Assembly: GCA_041690595.1 (NCBI GenBank)
Contig: JAWLHB010000014.1
Span: 1-64,000, forward strand
Direction of reading: 5' to 3'
DNA from: Lentisphaeria bacterium
Lineage (GTDB): Bacteria; Verrucomicrobiota; Lentisphaeria; JABSQK01; JAWLHB01
Length of the DNA: 64,000 nt
The notes beneath the pieces are model-generated. The model worked only from the letters and a program-made list of their open reading frames with translations. It was not told where the DNA came from and did no database searches. Position numbers and translations under genes: made by a program. This document shows, in pieces, positions 50,201 through 59,989 of this stretch (within the stretch, counting starts at the first letter, position 1; every line of letters begins with the position of its first letter).

Positions 50201-51879
50201 TCGGTCATGGCTATAAATCCATGGCCCGGGTGCCGATTCAAATCAGCGACCGAATCGTGGGGCTGATCCAGCTCAACGACAAGCGTAAAGACCGTTTCAC
50301 CCTCGAAGCGATTGAAATTCTGGAAAGCATTGCCACGCATATCGGATCGGCCCTGATGCGCAAGCAGGCGGAACGTGAAATGCGCCGCCTGTCGACCGCC
50401 ATTGAGCAGTCGCCGGAAACCGTGGTGATTACCGACACCGAAGGAACCATCCAATATGTGAACCCGGCCTTCGAAACGACAACCGGTTATACGTGCGAAG
50501 AAGCCATTGGGCAGAACCCCCGTATCCTGCAGAGCGGACAACACGATGCCGAATTCTACGCGGCCATGTGGAAGACCCTGCTGGATGGGCGGGTGTGGCA
50601 AGGCCGCATTATCAACAAACGCAAGGACGGCTCGCTTTACACGGAAGAGGCCGCGATCGCTCCGGTCAAAGACAGCAACGGGACGATCACCAGCTTTGTC
50701 GCCGGCAAACGCGATATGACCGCCGAGTTGAAGCGCGAGGATATGTTGCGCCAAGCCCAGAAGATGGAATCGGTCGGCCGCCTGGCCGGCGGGGTGGCGC
50801 ACGATTTCAACAACATGCTCATGGTCATCCTTGGCCAGGCGGAACTGCTGGCCATGAAGCTGGCGGACGATGACCCGAACCGCCGCAGGGTGGCCGATAT
50901 CCTGCAGGCGGCGCAACGCTCCGCCAAGCTCACCCGTCAGCTGCTGGCCTTCGCCCGCAAGGAGACGATTGCGCCTGTCCCCCTGGATCTCAACAACTCC
51001 GTCGAGGATCTGCTCAAGATGCTCCGACGCTTGATCGGCGAGGACATCGATCTGAGCTGGCAGCCTGGCACCAACCTGTGGCCGGTCAAGATGGACCCCA
51101 GTCAGCTCGACCAGATTCTCGCCAACCTCTGCGTCAACGCTCGCGACGCCATCGGCGGGGTCGGCAAGATCACCATCGAGACCGAAAACGCCTCTTTAAA
51201 CGATGCCTACTGCCGGAGCCACACCGAGGCCCGACCCGGTCACTTCGTGGTGCTGGCCGTCAGCGACGACGGCCGGGGCATGGATGCCGAGACCATGTCG
51301 CAAGTCTTCGAGCCCTTCTTCACCACCAAGCCGACCGGCGAAGGGACAGGTCTGGGGCTGGCCACGGTCTACGGCATTATCAAGCAGAACATGGGCTTCG
51401 TCAACGTCTACAGCGAGCCCGATGAAGGCACGACCTTCCGCATCTATATGCCACGGCTTGCCGAGGCGGCGGTGGGTGACGAGGAGCGCCTGGCACCCGC
51501 CCCGTGCCCGCGCGGCAGCGAGACCGTGCTCCTGGTCGAGGACGAGCCGGCGGTGCGGGCTATCGCCCAGGCGTTCCTTAAAGACCTCGGCTATCGCGTG
51601 CTTGAGGCCGACTGCCCGGCGACCGCCCTCGGCGTGGCCGCGGCCCACCCTGGGACGATAGACCTGCTGCTCACCGACGTCGTCATGCCCGGTATGAACG
51701 GTCGCAACCTGGCCGAACGCCTCACGGCGGTTCGGCCACAGCTAAGGGTGCTGTACATGTCCGGCTACACCGCCAACACCATCGTTCACCGCGGGGTTCT
51801 GGACCAAGGCGTGCAGTTCATCAGCAAGCCCTTCACCCTGGAGGAGCTGGCCCGCAAGGTGCGGGAGGTGTTGGGATGA
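47284..51879 (+). CDS. Paralogous hybrid histidine kinase with expanded PAS array (6 PAS-GAF-PAS-HisKA-HATPase-REC)
   Basis: N- and C-terminal parts are nearly identical to 43956-46991; five different PAS modules lie in between. Confidence 0.96.
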   Translation: MNNQEPRDPDELRRQAIERLNEKQMPELGGKNGTGAEETAQTLHELRVHHIELEMQNEVLRTHQAELEAGRARYHDLYDLAPVGFCTLCEQGLILEANLTAATMLGTPRGALVKQPISRFIFKDDQDIYYLHREKLFEADQLQECELQLVKPDDTIIWAHLTAIAAEAEDGTSACRLVLTDITERKGAEEALRDSERKYQTLIHQAPAALFLHTIDGSIMEYNQLTLERYGYSADEILTMNASDIDPDYREREDTGLFWEELTSKGQLRFEARHRKKGGVIFPVEINLAPIEIKGKKHYLAMALDITERKGAEESLRESNERFHDLFEKAPLGYQSLDSDGRFIDVNVAWLETLGYSREEVIGKWFGDFLAPEYMEAFNERFPVFKAQGKVHSEFYMMHKDGSRIYVAFDGRIGNNADGSFKQTHCILKDETERKRAEEALRESEALLSRSQEISHTGSWKLDLATNRLSWSDEVYRIFGCQPQAFVPTYEAFLDFVHPDDRSAVDGAYFRSGREGNDSYEIEHRIVRRNSGEVRYVHERCLHERDASGTIVQSTGMVQDITERKQAEKVLNESRKKYMFLVENLNEGVWQIDRESRTVFVNPRMAEMLGYSVEEMLGMNIFHFMSEKGRKIAEGNIDRRKNGIKEEHEFEFLGKDGHCLYASLATSPIFDDAGEYQGALAGVQDITERKQAEAKLLELNMAVEQSGDGIALSDMDGNIRFVNKTWVEMHGYAAEELIGRHLSIFHTPEQMEKEVIPFNEHLMAMGSSTGELGHCRKDGSTFTTYMTTSVVKDATGNLFGLLATARDITERKLAETYREIEREILQILNEPGDLQESIQRVLDALKTRTGVDAVGLRLQEGEDYPYFAQDGFPEDFLQTENTLVERGKDGGVCRDKDGNVCLQCTCGLVISGKTDPANPLFTKGGSSWTNDSFPFLDLPSDQDPRLHPRNNCIHQGYASVALIPVAYTRKNCIGHGYKSMARVPIQISDRIVGLIQLNDKRKDRFTLEAIEILESIATHIGSALMRKQAEREMRRLSTAIEQSPETVVITDTEGTIQYVNPAFETTTGYTCEEAIGQNPRILQSGQHDAEFYAAMWKTLLDGRVWQGRIINKRKDGSLYTEEAAIAPVKDSNGTITSFVAGKRDMTAELKREDMLRQAQKMESVGRLAGGVAHDFNNMLMVILGQAELLAMKLADDDPNRRRVADILQAAQRSAKLTRQLLAFARKETIAPVPLDLNNSVEDLLKMLRRLIGEDIDLSWQPGTNLWPVKMDPSQLDQILANLCVNARDAIGGVGKITIETENASLNDAYCRSHTEARPGHFVVLAVSDDGRGMDAETMSQVFEPFFTTKPTGEGTGLGLATVYGIIKQNMGFVNVYSEPDEGTTFRIYMPRLAEAAVGDEERLAPAPCPRGSETVLLVEDEPAVRAIAQAFLKDLGYRVLEADCPATALGVAAAHPGTIDLLLTDVVMPGMNGRNLAERLTAVRPQLRVLYMSGYTANTIVHRGVLDQGVQFISKPFTLEELARKVREVLG

Positions 51880-52141
51880 GCAGCAGGAAGAAACCGAAAA
51901 CAACGCCTCGTGCGAAGCCTTATTTATTAGCCTCGTCTCGTGAATCTGTGGGTCGTTGTGAGCGTAATTAGCCTCGGATTATAGTGGGTACGAATTTCAA
52001 CAGGTCGATATTCTGATGTGTTGGCTACCAGAACTCGTGCTTGAAGTGGGGCTTTGGCAACTTACCCACTTGGTGGTAGAGCGCAGTTTCGGCGACTTGG
52101 TAGGAACGGAATCCCCGAGCACACATTGTCTGCCACACGCT

Positions 52142-53908
52142 TCAGGGGCGGGGCTTGATGGCGATGCCCAGCTCCTGGAGTTGCTTGAGGTCGACATCGC
52201 TGGGGGAGTCGGTCATCAGGCAGCTTGCCTTGGCGGTCTTGGGGAAGGCGATGACTTCGCGAATGGAGGGAGCGCCGGTCAGCAGCATGACGATGCGGTC
52301 GAAGCCGAGGGCGAGGCCACCATGCGGGGGCGCACCGTAGGAGAGGGCTTCGAGGAGGTGGCCGAAGCGCCCCTGCGCATCCTCGTCGGTGACGCCGAGG
52401 ACCTGGAACATCCGGGCCTGCAGGTCGGTGTTGTGGATACGGATGCTGCCGCCGCCGATCTCGACCCCGTTGAGGACGATGTCGTAGGCGCGGGCACGCA
52501 CCGCGGCGGGATCGGTGTCGAGTTTGTCGACATCCTCGGGGACCGGGCTGGTGAAGGGATGGTGCATGGCCACGAAGTGCCCCTCTTCCGCGTCGTAATC
52601 GAGGAGCGGAAAGTGGTCGACCCAGAGGAAGCTCCAGGCATTCTCGGGGATCATGCCGGCCGCGGCGGCGACATCGAGGCGCAAGCGTCCGAGCGCTTCA
52701 CAGGTGATGCGGAAGGTATCGGCGACGATCAGGACGACATCGCCGGGCTTGGCATCGGTGGCCGCGATAATGTCCTGCATCTCCTTCTCGCTCAGGAACT
52801 TGGCAATCGGCGATTTGATCTCGCCGCCCGCCTCGATCTTGATGTGAGCGAGCCCCTTGGCGCCGAAGGTCTTGGCGGTCTCCTGCCACTGGTCGAGCTG
52901 CTTGCGGCTGGCGCTTTCGCCGAGCCCCTTGGCGTTGAGCGCCTTGACGCAGCCGCCGGTGGAGAGCGCCCCGGTGAAGACCTTGAACTCGGAGGTGCTG
53001 AGCATGTGGCTGAGGTCGACCAGCTCCAGCTCGAAGCGGGTGTCGGGCTTGTCGCTGCCGTAGCGGCTCATCGCCTCCTGGTAACTGAGGCGGGGGAATG
53101 GCTGCGTCAGCTCCACGGCCTTGATGTCCATCATGATCTTGACCAGAAGGCCCTCGACCAGATCGTAGATGTCTTCTTCGTCGATGAAGGACATTTCGAG
53201 GTCGATCTGGGTGAATTCGGGCTGGCGGTCGGCGCGCAGGTCTTCATCGCGGAAGCACTTGGCGATCTGGTAATAGCGCTCGATGCCGGCGACCATGAGA
53301 ATCTGCTTGTACTGCTGGGGAGCCTGGGGGAGCGCGTAGAAGCTGCCGGGCCAGACGCGGCTGGGCACCAGATAATCGCGGGCACCTTCGGGGGTGCTTT
53401 TGCTGAGGATCGGGGTTTCCACCTCGACAAAACCATGGCGGTCGAAGTAGTCGCGGGTGAGCTTGGCGATGGTGCTTCGCAGGCGCAGATTGGTGCCGAT
53501 GGTGGAGCGGCGCATTTCGAGGTAGCGGTAGCGCAGGCGGACCTCTTCGCTGGTTCGCGGATCGTCCAGATTGTAGGGCATGGGCCGCGACTTGTTTTCC
53601 ACGACCAGAGAGGTCGCCTCCACCTCTACCTCGCCGGTGGTCATGCGGGTGTTGATCATCTGCTCGGGCCGGGCGCGGACGGTGCCCTGGATGGTGATCA
53701 CCCACTCTTCGCGCACGGGCCTGGAGATCGCGGCGAGATCCTCGTTGGTCGCCGGATTGATCACGACCTGCGTGATGCCGTCACGGTCGCGAAGATCGAT
53801 GAAGACGACGCCTCCCATATCGCGCCGGCTGTTGACCCAGCCGCTGAGGGTGACAAGATTGCCGATGTGGGAATTGCGCAGTTCGCCGCAGGTATGTGTG
53901 CGTTTCAT
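52142..53908 (-). CDS. aspS: Aspartate-tRNA ligase
   Basis: [42 protein letters not shown] and GAPPHGG..GFDR motifs. Confidence 0.98.
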   Translation of the reverse strand: MKRTHTCGELRNSHIGNLVTLSGWVNSRRDMGGVVFIDLRDRDGITQVVINPATNEDLAAISRPVREEWVITIQGTVRARPEQMINTRMTTGEVEVEATSLVVENKSRPMPYNLDDPRTSEEVRLRYRYLEMRRSTIGTNLRLRSTIAKLTRDYFDRHGFVEVETPILSKSTPEGARDYLVPSRVWPGSFYALPQAPQQYKQILMVAGIERYYQIAKCFRDEDLRADRQPEFTQIDLEMSFIDEEDIYDLVEGLLVKIMMDIKAVELTQPFPRLSYQEAMSRYGSDKPDTRFELELVDLSHMLSTSEFKVFTGALSTGGCVKALNAKGLGESASRKQLDQWQETAKTFGAKGLAHIKIEAGGEIKSPIAKFLSEKEMQDIIAATDAKPGDVVLIVADTFRITCEALGRLRLDVAAAAGMIPENAWSFLWVDHFPLLDYDAEEGHFVAMHHPFTSPVPEDVDKLDTDPAAVRARAYDIVLNGVEIGGGSIRIHNTDLQARMFQVLGVTDEDAQGRFGHLLEALSYGAPPHGGLALGFDRIVMLLTGAPSIREVIAFPKTAKASCLMTDSPSDVDLKQLQELGIAIKPRP

Positions 53909-54008
53909 GGGGATCCGGGTAGAGTTCTCTGGTGAAAATGGGGGTGCTGATGCATCACCCTCAAGAGAACGCCAAGTCGCCCCAGTTTCAAGTTGAGCGG
54001 CCCACCAT

Positions 54009-55685
54009 TCAGAAGCGGAACATGGCGCCGATCTTGCGGCCGAGCAGCCTGGTGGCGACGAAGATGGTGGTGGCGAGGAAGAGCATCGCCCAGACGCCAA
54101 AGGCGCAGGCGACGTAGGGGCCGAAGCCGAGGATCATCGAGAGTTCGTAGATCGCGCGGGTGATCGGGTAGTGCTCGTTGGTCTGGGCGAGGATGAGGGA
54201 ATCGGAGACCTCGAGCATGGAGAAGGCAAAGGCAAAGAGCGCGCCGGCAATCAGATTGGCGGTGATCAAGGGGACGGTGATGCGGCGCAAGGCGGTCCAC
54301 CCGCTGGCCCCGAGGTTGAGGGCGGCATGCTCGAAGTCGATCGGCGTCTGCTGCAGACCGGCGGAGGCGGCGCGCACCACGTAGGGCAGACGGCGCATCG
54401 CGTAGGCGAGGATGAGCAGGAGGGTCGGGTTCTCGATCGGATTCATGATGCGGCTGAGGATTTCGTAGCGGGTGGTCATACTGAGATAACCGAAGGCGAG
54501 GATGATGCCGGGTATCGCCAGCGGCATCATCGACAGGATGTCGAAGATCTGCCAGCCCCTGGGCTTCCATCGCACGGTGAGCAGCGCAATGGCGACACCG
54601 AAGGCGACGCAGACAAACATCGCGGTGCCGGAATAGATGAGGCTGTTGCGAATGGAGCGCACCACGTCCGCGTGCGAGAGGGCCATCGCATAGTGGTCCA
54701 GGGTAAAGACGCTGGGGAGCACGGTGCGGTACCAGTCGCGGGAAAAGGAGAGGAGGACGACGCCCAGGTGGGGCAGCGTCGCGATGAGGGTGACGACGAG
54801 GAAGGGCAGAAAGGCGCCAAGCGACTTCCAGCCCGAGAGGCGGCTGCTGCCGCCGGTCCCCGCGCCCTTCAGCAGCATGGCATGCCCTTCCTGGCCAAAG
54901 AGCATGCGACTGACGATGTACAGCCCCGCGGCGACCACCAGCAGGATGAAAACGAGGGCGTAGGGAAGCGGATTGGAGCCCAGCTCGGTGACGCCGTTGA
55001 AGATCTGCACGGGGGTGACCCGGTTGTAGCCGAGCATAAGGGGCGTACCCAGCTCGGTCAGGCTCCAGATGAAGACGATGATGCAGCCGGCGAAGAGGCC
55101 CGGACGGATGAGCGGCAGGGTGATGCGGCGGAAGCGCATCCAGGCGGAAGAGCCGAGGTTTTGCGCCGCTTCCTCCAGCGATGGGTCGATATTGCCCAGC
55201 GCGGTGCTGGTGTTCAGATAAAGGATGGGATAGAGGTGCAGGGCCTCGACCAGGCAGACGACGAAGAAGCGTCCATTGCCGGCCAGCCAATCGGGGCCGC
55301 CCCCATCCGGGACGATCTGCAGCGCCGTGAGCAGCGAGTTTAGGGCGCCCATCTTGCCGAAGATCTGGGTGAAGCCGAGCGCGCCGACGAAGGGAGGCAG
55401 AATCATCGGCAGCAGCATCATGCCGGTGACCCACTTCTTGCCGGCGAAGTCGTAGCGATCGGCGATGAAGGCGAGGGGGACGGCGATCAGGAAGACCAGA
55501 ATCGTCACCACCACGCCGATATAGAAGCAGTTGATCAGCCCCTGGACGTAGAAGGGGCTCTTGAAGACTTCCACGATATACGCCCAGCGCAGCCCCTCCG
55601 CGATCACCGTATAGAGGGGCAGAAACATGAAGAGCGCGAAGAACGCGATGATGAAGACGACAGTGAGAACGCGAGTCCACTTCAT
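54009..55685 (-). CDS. ABC transporter permease, Fe3+/thiamine (FbpB/ThiP) class with two TM domains
   Basis: Two EAA-type loops ([10 protein letters not shown] and [11 protein letters not shown]); ATG 55685 overlaps the ATPase stop. Confidence 0.9.
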   Translation of the reverse strand: MKWTRVLTVVFIIAFFALFMFLPLYTVIAEGLRWAYIVEVFKSPFYVQGLINCFYIGVVVTILVFLIAVPLAFIADRYDFAGKKWVTGMMLLPMILPPFVGALGFTQIFGKMGALNSLLTALQIVPDGGGPDWLAGNGRFFVVCLVEALHLYPILYLNTSTALGNIDPSLEEAAQNLGSSAWMRFRRITLPLIRPGLFAGCIIVFIWSLTELGTPLMLGYNRVTPVQIFNGVTELGSNPLPYALVFILLVVAAGLYIVSRMLFGQEGHAMLLKGAGTGGSSRLSGWKSLGAFLPFLVVTLIATLPHLGVVLLSFSRDWYRTVLPSVFTLDHYAMALSHADVVRSIRNSLIYSGTAMFVCVAFGVAIALLTVRWKPRGWQIFDILSMMPLAIPGIILAFGYLSMTTRYEILSRIMNPIENPTLLLILAYAMRRLPYVVRAASAGLQQTPIDFEHAALNLGASGWTALRRITVPLITANLIAGALFAFAFSMLEVSDSLILAQTNEHYPITRAIYELSMILGFGPYVACAFGVWAMLFLATTIFVATRLLGRKIGAMFRF

Positions 55686-56779
55686 GAGGTCGACTGGGAA
55701 GCTGCGGCGGTGGTCGTGTCGGCGGGGATGACGATGGCGTCGGCGGGCGCGATGCTGCAGCGATACTCCTGGTCGACGGTGCGGGTCGGCGGCTGCATCT
55801 CGAACGCCTTGAGGTGCTGACCGTGAATCTCCAGCCCCCATTGGCCGATCTCGCCCAGGTAGGTGGCGTGGCGCAGGGTCATGGTCAGCGTGTTCGGCAG
55901 GCTCTCGCCATTGGCCGCGAAGCGGATGCTCTCGGGGCGAATGCAGACGAGGCATGGGTCACCGGGGGCGAGGGAATCGGCAACCGTGGTGCTGTGGAGG
56001 ATGCCCCAGGGGCTCTCGATCTCCGCCGCGGCTCCCTCCCGCCGGGAGATCCTGCCGGTCACGAAGTTGCTTTCGCCGATGAAGTCCGCGACGAAGGCGT
56101 TGATGGGGCGCCGATAGACATCGCGGGGGGCGCCGACCTGCTGCAGGATGCCGTTGTCGAGCACCGCCAGCCGGTCCGCCATGCTCAGCGCTTCCTTCTG
56201 ATCGTGGGTGACGTAAAGGGTGGTCAGCCCGGCTTCCTTGCAGATGCGGCGGATCTCGGCCCGCATGTCCAGACGCAGCTTGGCGTCGAGGTTGGAGAGG
56301 GGTTCGTCGAGAAGAAGGACGCGGGGCTGGATGACCAGAGCGCGGGCCAGCGCCACGCGCTGCTGCTGCCCACCGGAAAGCTGGGGGATGGGCCGGTCGC
56401 GCAGCTTCTCCAGCCCGACAAAGCCCAGCGTCTCCATCACCTGCCGCTCGATCTCGGCCTTGCCGAGCTTGCGGATCTCGAGGCCGAAAGCGACGTTCTG
56501 GAAGACGGTCATGTGAGGCCAGAGGGCATAGCTTTGGAAGACCATCCCGGCATCGCGGCGCTCCGGCGCGAGGCGGGTGACGTCATCGTCGCCGAAGAAG
56601 ACGCGCCCCCCCGTCGCCGGCAGAAAGCCGGCAATGATGCGCAGGAGGGTTGACTTCCCGCAGCCGCTGGGGCCCAGGAGAAAGAAGAGTTCACCGCTCT
56701 CGATTTCGAGGTCGATGCCCTGCAGGACAGGGGTGGTGCCATAGCTTTTCTCAATGCCTTGCAGGCGTATGGATATCAT
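55682..56779 (-). CDS. ABC transporter ATP-binding protein (FbpC/PotA class)
   Basis: GPSGCGKS, LSGGQQQR, LLLDEP and YVTHD motifs; C-terminal TOBE-like domain. Confidence 0.93.
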   Translation of the reverse strand: MISIRLQGIEKSYGTTPVLQGIDLEIESGELFFLLGPSGCGKSTLLRIIAGFLPATGGRVFFGDDDVTRLAPERRDAGMVFQSYALWPHMTVFQNVAFGLEIRKLGKAEIERQVMETLGFVGLEKLRDRPIPQLSGGQQQRVALARALVIQPRVLLLDEPLSNLDAKLRLDMRAEIRRICKEAGLTTLYVTHDQKEALSMADRLAVLDNGILQQVGAPRDVYRRPINAFVADFIGESNFVTGRISRREGAAAEIESPWGILHSTTVADSLAPGDPCLVCIRPESIRFAANGESLPNTLTMTLRHATYLGEIGQWGLEIHGQHLKAFEMQPPTRTVDQEYRCSIAPADAIVIPADTTTAAASQSTS

Positions 56780-56904
56780 GGTCCGGCGCGGTCAGGGGGT
56801 TGAAGAGCGGAAGATCACGACAGCATTAGAATACGCAAGAGTTCCGCCGCATCAAGAGCCAACCTCCAGAAAGCGGCCGGAAAGGCCGATTTTGGGGCCA
56901 GTTC

Positions 56905-58135
56905 CTTAACCACAAAGAACGCAAAGAGCGCAAAGATCGAGCCCTTTGTTGAGGCACGGCACGGTTAGCCTCCCCAGGCCCGACAAGGTGGGAGGGATCT
57001 CCGAGCCGAGGCGGAGCCGACAGCGTGGGAGGGGCGACCTGCTGCTCACTGGGGGGCTGTCGCGGTGATCGAATGAATCGACTCGATCGATCAAATCGAT
57101 TCATTCGAAACCGTCGAGATCGAGCCCCCTCGCCCCTAGCCCCGACGGGGCTGCGTCCTATAGCCCAGGGTTGTGCCGCCAAAGGCGGTGCTACCCTGGG
57201 TAAACTCCCGCCCACCCATCAACCCCATGGCGGGGTTGCGTCCAAAACGTCGATCCTTCCTCGCGGCATCTGAACGATACCGATCGAGATTTCGCGCATC
57301 GAGGGTCACTTGAGCGGCTGTACATTGAGGATCTCGCCTGTTGCGGCATGGCCGTTGGGGACAACGACCCTGGTCGCGGTTCGGAGAACCTCTATGGTGG
57401 TTGCCAAGCGTCGGGGACTGAGGGGGTGGCGAGGGGATATGAGGGGAGCCAGGCGTCGGGGAGTGGCAACGTCCAACGCCGGTGCCACTCAGGCGAGTGG
57501 CGTGCCCGGGGGGCGCGGGGAGATGTCGGGAGATTGGGATAGGGCAACGTCCAACGCCGGTGCCACTCAGGCGAGTGACGTGCCCAGGGGGCGCGGGGGG
57601 AGTGACGGGAGATTGGGATAGGGCAACGTCCAACGCCGGGGCCACTCAGGCGAGTGGCGTGCCCAGGATGGGGTCGCGGTTCTGAGAACCGCTCGCAGGT
57701 TGTCCAGGGGGCGGGGTGGTGTGAGGGGAGCCAGGCGTTGGGGAGCGCGACGTCCAACGCCGGTGCCACTCAGGCGAGTGGCGTGCCCAGGGGGCGCGGC
57801 AAATGGCAGGGCCGTTGGAAACGGCCCTGGTCGCCGTTCGGAGAACGCCTCCAACTTTTAGGTTAGCGCAAGGGCGGAACGAGCGTGGACTTATGAAGAA
57901 AAATGGCGGGCAACGGCCGGATGGGGACTCCCATATTGCCGGGCCTTTCGAGGCTTAAGCCTGTGGTAATTGTGCTCACGTGGGGGGGATGGCAATACGC
58001 AAGTCGCGGTTCGGAGAACCCCTCCTACATTGCCGGGCCTTTCGAGGCTTAAGCCTGTGGTAATTGTGCTCACGTGGGGGGATGGCAATGCGCAAGTCGC
58101 GGCTCGGAGAGCCCCTCCCACTTTGAGGTTAGCGC
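56905..58135. repeat. 1.2-kb intergenic mosaic of several REP-like families
   Basis: AACCACAAAGAACGCAAAG; 13-bp-stem hairpin at 57069-57108; AGCCCCGACGGGGCT..CCCAGGG..CCCTGGG; GCCACTCAGGCGAGTG(G/A)C at 57484, 57562, 57641 and 57765; a ~95-bp tandem duplication at about 57934-58121 carrying GT(A/G)GGAGGGG..CTCCGA.CCGCGAC on the minus strand. Confidence 0.9.
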
Positions 58136-58163
58136 ACGACGGTCGGATGGGGAGTCTTGGTCT

Positions 58164-59201
58164 TCAGCGGGGGAGTTGGCAGGGGTTGAAGAGCTTGTCG
58201 CGGGCGAAGTCGTCGAATTGCAGTTGACGGAAAGCGGGCGGGGCCTGGCGCATCTGGAGCACGGTGTTGTCGTGATAGTCCGGGACGGCGAGATCCTTGA
58301 CGAAAACGCTGATGAGTTGGCGGTCATCGAGGATGACGACTCCCCAGCCGACCGGATCGGGGATGCCATAGGCGATGGAGGGAAAAACGACATGCTTCCT
58401 GCCCAGGTACGCCCACGCGGCCGTCATGTGCGTGTGGCCGCCGAGGACGACCTTGATGCAAGCGTGGGCATGCAGCAGCTCGATTGTGCGGTGATCGTGC
58501 AGACGATAATCGTCGACCCAGTTGCCGACGGAGACGATGGGGCGGTGGAGGAGGAGGATGGTCGGCGTGGTGGAATCGGCCTCCAGGGTCGCGGCAAGCC
58601 AGATGCGCTGACGCTCGGCGATGGGGGTGTTCTGCCGGGTGTCGAGGGCGATGAGGCGCCAGCCATTGCGGCGGGTTTCGTAGTAGAAGTCGTCGACGTC
58701 GACGCTTTCGGGCCAGTCGGGCCGGGCAATCGTGGCAAAGGCCTGGTGCCAATCGGCGGAGAGGAGGGCATCGGCATGGTCATGATTGCCGAGCAGGGGC
58801 AGGGACGGCATGGTCGGCGGCAGGCAATCGTCGAGGATGCGCCCGAACTCGCGGTATTCATCGGCGGGGGCTTCTCCGCCACAGCCGCTGTCGGCGAGAT
58901 CTCCGCCGAAGACGATGAGATCGACGAGTCCGTCCAACTCGCGCATTTCCTGGAGTGCGAGGCGGAAGTTGGTACTGGTGTCGACCGTTTCCGCATAGAC
59001 GGGGGAGAGGTTTGGATAGGTGCGATCGGCGAGGAGGTGCATATCGCTGAGCCAGGCGAGGGTGAAAGCACCGCTGCCGGCCTGCCGCCGCGCGTCCTCG
59101 ACCGCCTCCTTCAGAGCCGTGACGGAGTTTCGAGCCGCGGCAAGCATCTCGTCGGTGATGGGTAGTCTGAAGGGTTTGCGGCCGCTTACGTCTTCCAGCA
59201 T
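58164..59201 (-). CDS. Calcineurin-like metallophosphoesterase (CpdA/Icc-like)
   Basis: SDMH, GDLAD, GNHD, LHRP and GHTH motifs; GGAGG RBS. Confidence 0.88.
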   Translation of the reverse strand: MLEDVSGRKPFRLPITDEMLAAARNSVTALKEAVEDARRQAGSGAFTLAWLSDMHLLADRTYPNLSPVYAETVDTSTNFRLALQEMRELDGLVDLIVFGGDLADSGCGGEAPADEYREFGRILDDCLPPTMPSLPLLGNHDHADALLSADWHQAFATIARPDWPESVDVDDFYYETRRNGWRLIALDTRQNTPIAERQRIWLAATLEADSTTPTILLLHRPIVSVGNWVDDYRLHDHRTIELLHAHACIKVVLGGHTHMTAAWAYLGRKHVVFPSIAYGIPDPVGWGVVILDDRQLISVFVKDLAVPDYHDNTVLQMRQAPPAFRQLQFDDFARDKLFNPCQLPR

Positions 59202-59303
59202 GACAGCACCTCCCAGCCTGAGCGTTGGCAGTTTGAACAGATCGGCTAATGTAGCCGCATTGGCTTTTGGATTCTACCTCATGGAAAAGTCATGCACGAG
59301 CGC

Positions 59304-59331
59304 TTGACTTTTGAGTTTGTCAGGATATATT
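59304..59331 (+). promoter_or_regulatory. Sigma-70-type promoter candidate upstream of the repeat array
   Basis: TTGACT-N16-TATATT in an AT-rich patch. Confidence 0.45.
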
Positions 59332-59379
59332 AGTGAGTTATGTCGGAAATGGTTTTTGTTAAGGGATGGACGGGATGAT

Positions 59380-59866
59380 CGAGGTTTTGGGAGAGGGCAA
59401 TGCGCGGGAGGCCACTCAGGCGAGTGGCGTGCCCAGGATGGGGACGCGGGAACCGAGGTTTGGACCGAGGTTTTGGGAGAGGGCAATGCGCAGGAGGCCA
59501 CTCAGGCGAGTGGCGTGCCCAGGAGGGAGAGGGCAATGCGCGGGAGGCCACTCAGGAGAGTGGCGTGCCCAGGAGGGGGACGCGGGAACCGAGGGTTCGA
59601 CCGAGGTTTTTTGGTTTTTCGACCGAGGTTTGGACCGAGGTTTTGGGAGAGGGCGAGGCGCGGGAGGCCACTCAGGCGAGTGGTGTGCCCAGGAGGGGAG
59701 AGGGCAATGCGCGGGAGGCCACTCAGGCGAGTGGCGTGCCCAGGAGGGGGACGCGGGAACCGAGGTTTTGACCGAGGTTTTGGGAGATGGCGATGCGCGG
59801 GAGACCACTCAGGCGAGTGGCCTGCCCAGGACGTGCCGGTGGACCGACCTTTCGACCGAGGTTTTC
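59380..59866 (+). repeat. Array of six GCCACTC-AGGC-GAGTGGC-GTGCCCAGGA hairpin units with modular linkers
   Basis: Cores at 59411, 59497, 59547, 59667, 59718 and 59804; linkers built from ACCGAGGTTTT and GGGAGAGGGCAATGCGC modules. Confidence 0.92.
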
Positions 59867-59989
59867 TGGAGGACCGGAGGATGGAGAGGGAGAGAGAATT
59901 GGGATGCTCGCACTGGATCTTGAAAAAGCGGTTGTCGCGGCTATTTGTAACAGGCACTTTCTTACCAGGAACCCATATCAGGGGCAAGC

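Noticed and set aside
52070..52140. tRNA-like GGTAGAGCGC motif
   Set aside because: No T-arm GTTC motif or acceptor stem could be formed.
52016..53935. 639-aa plus-strand ORF
   Set aside because: Antisense shadow of aspS.
59380..59866. CRISPR array
   Set aside because: The intervening sequences are unequal in length and built from recurring modules rather than unique spacers. The repeat is dispersed across the window and no cas genes are present.
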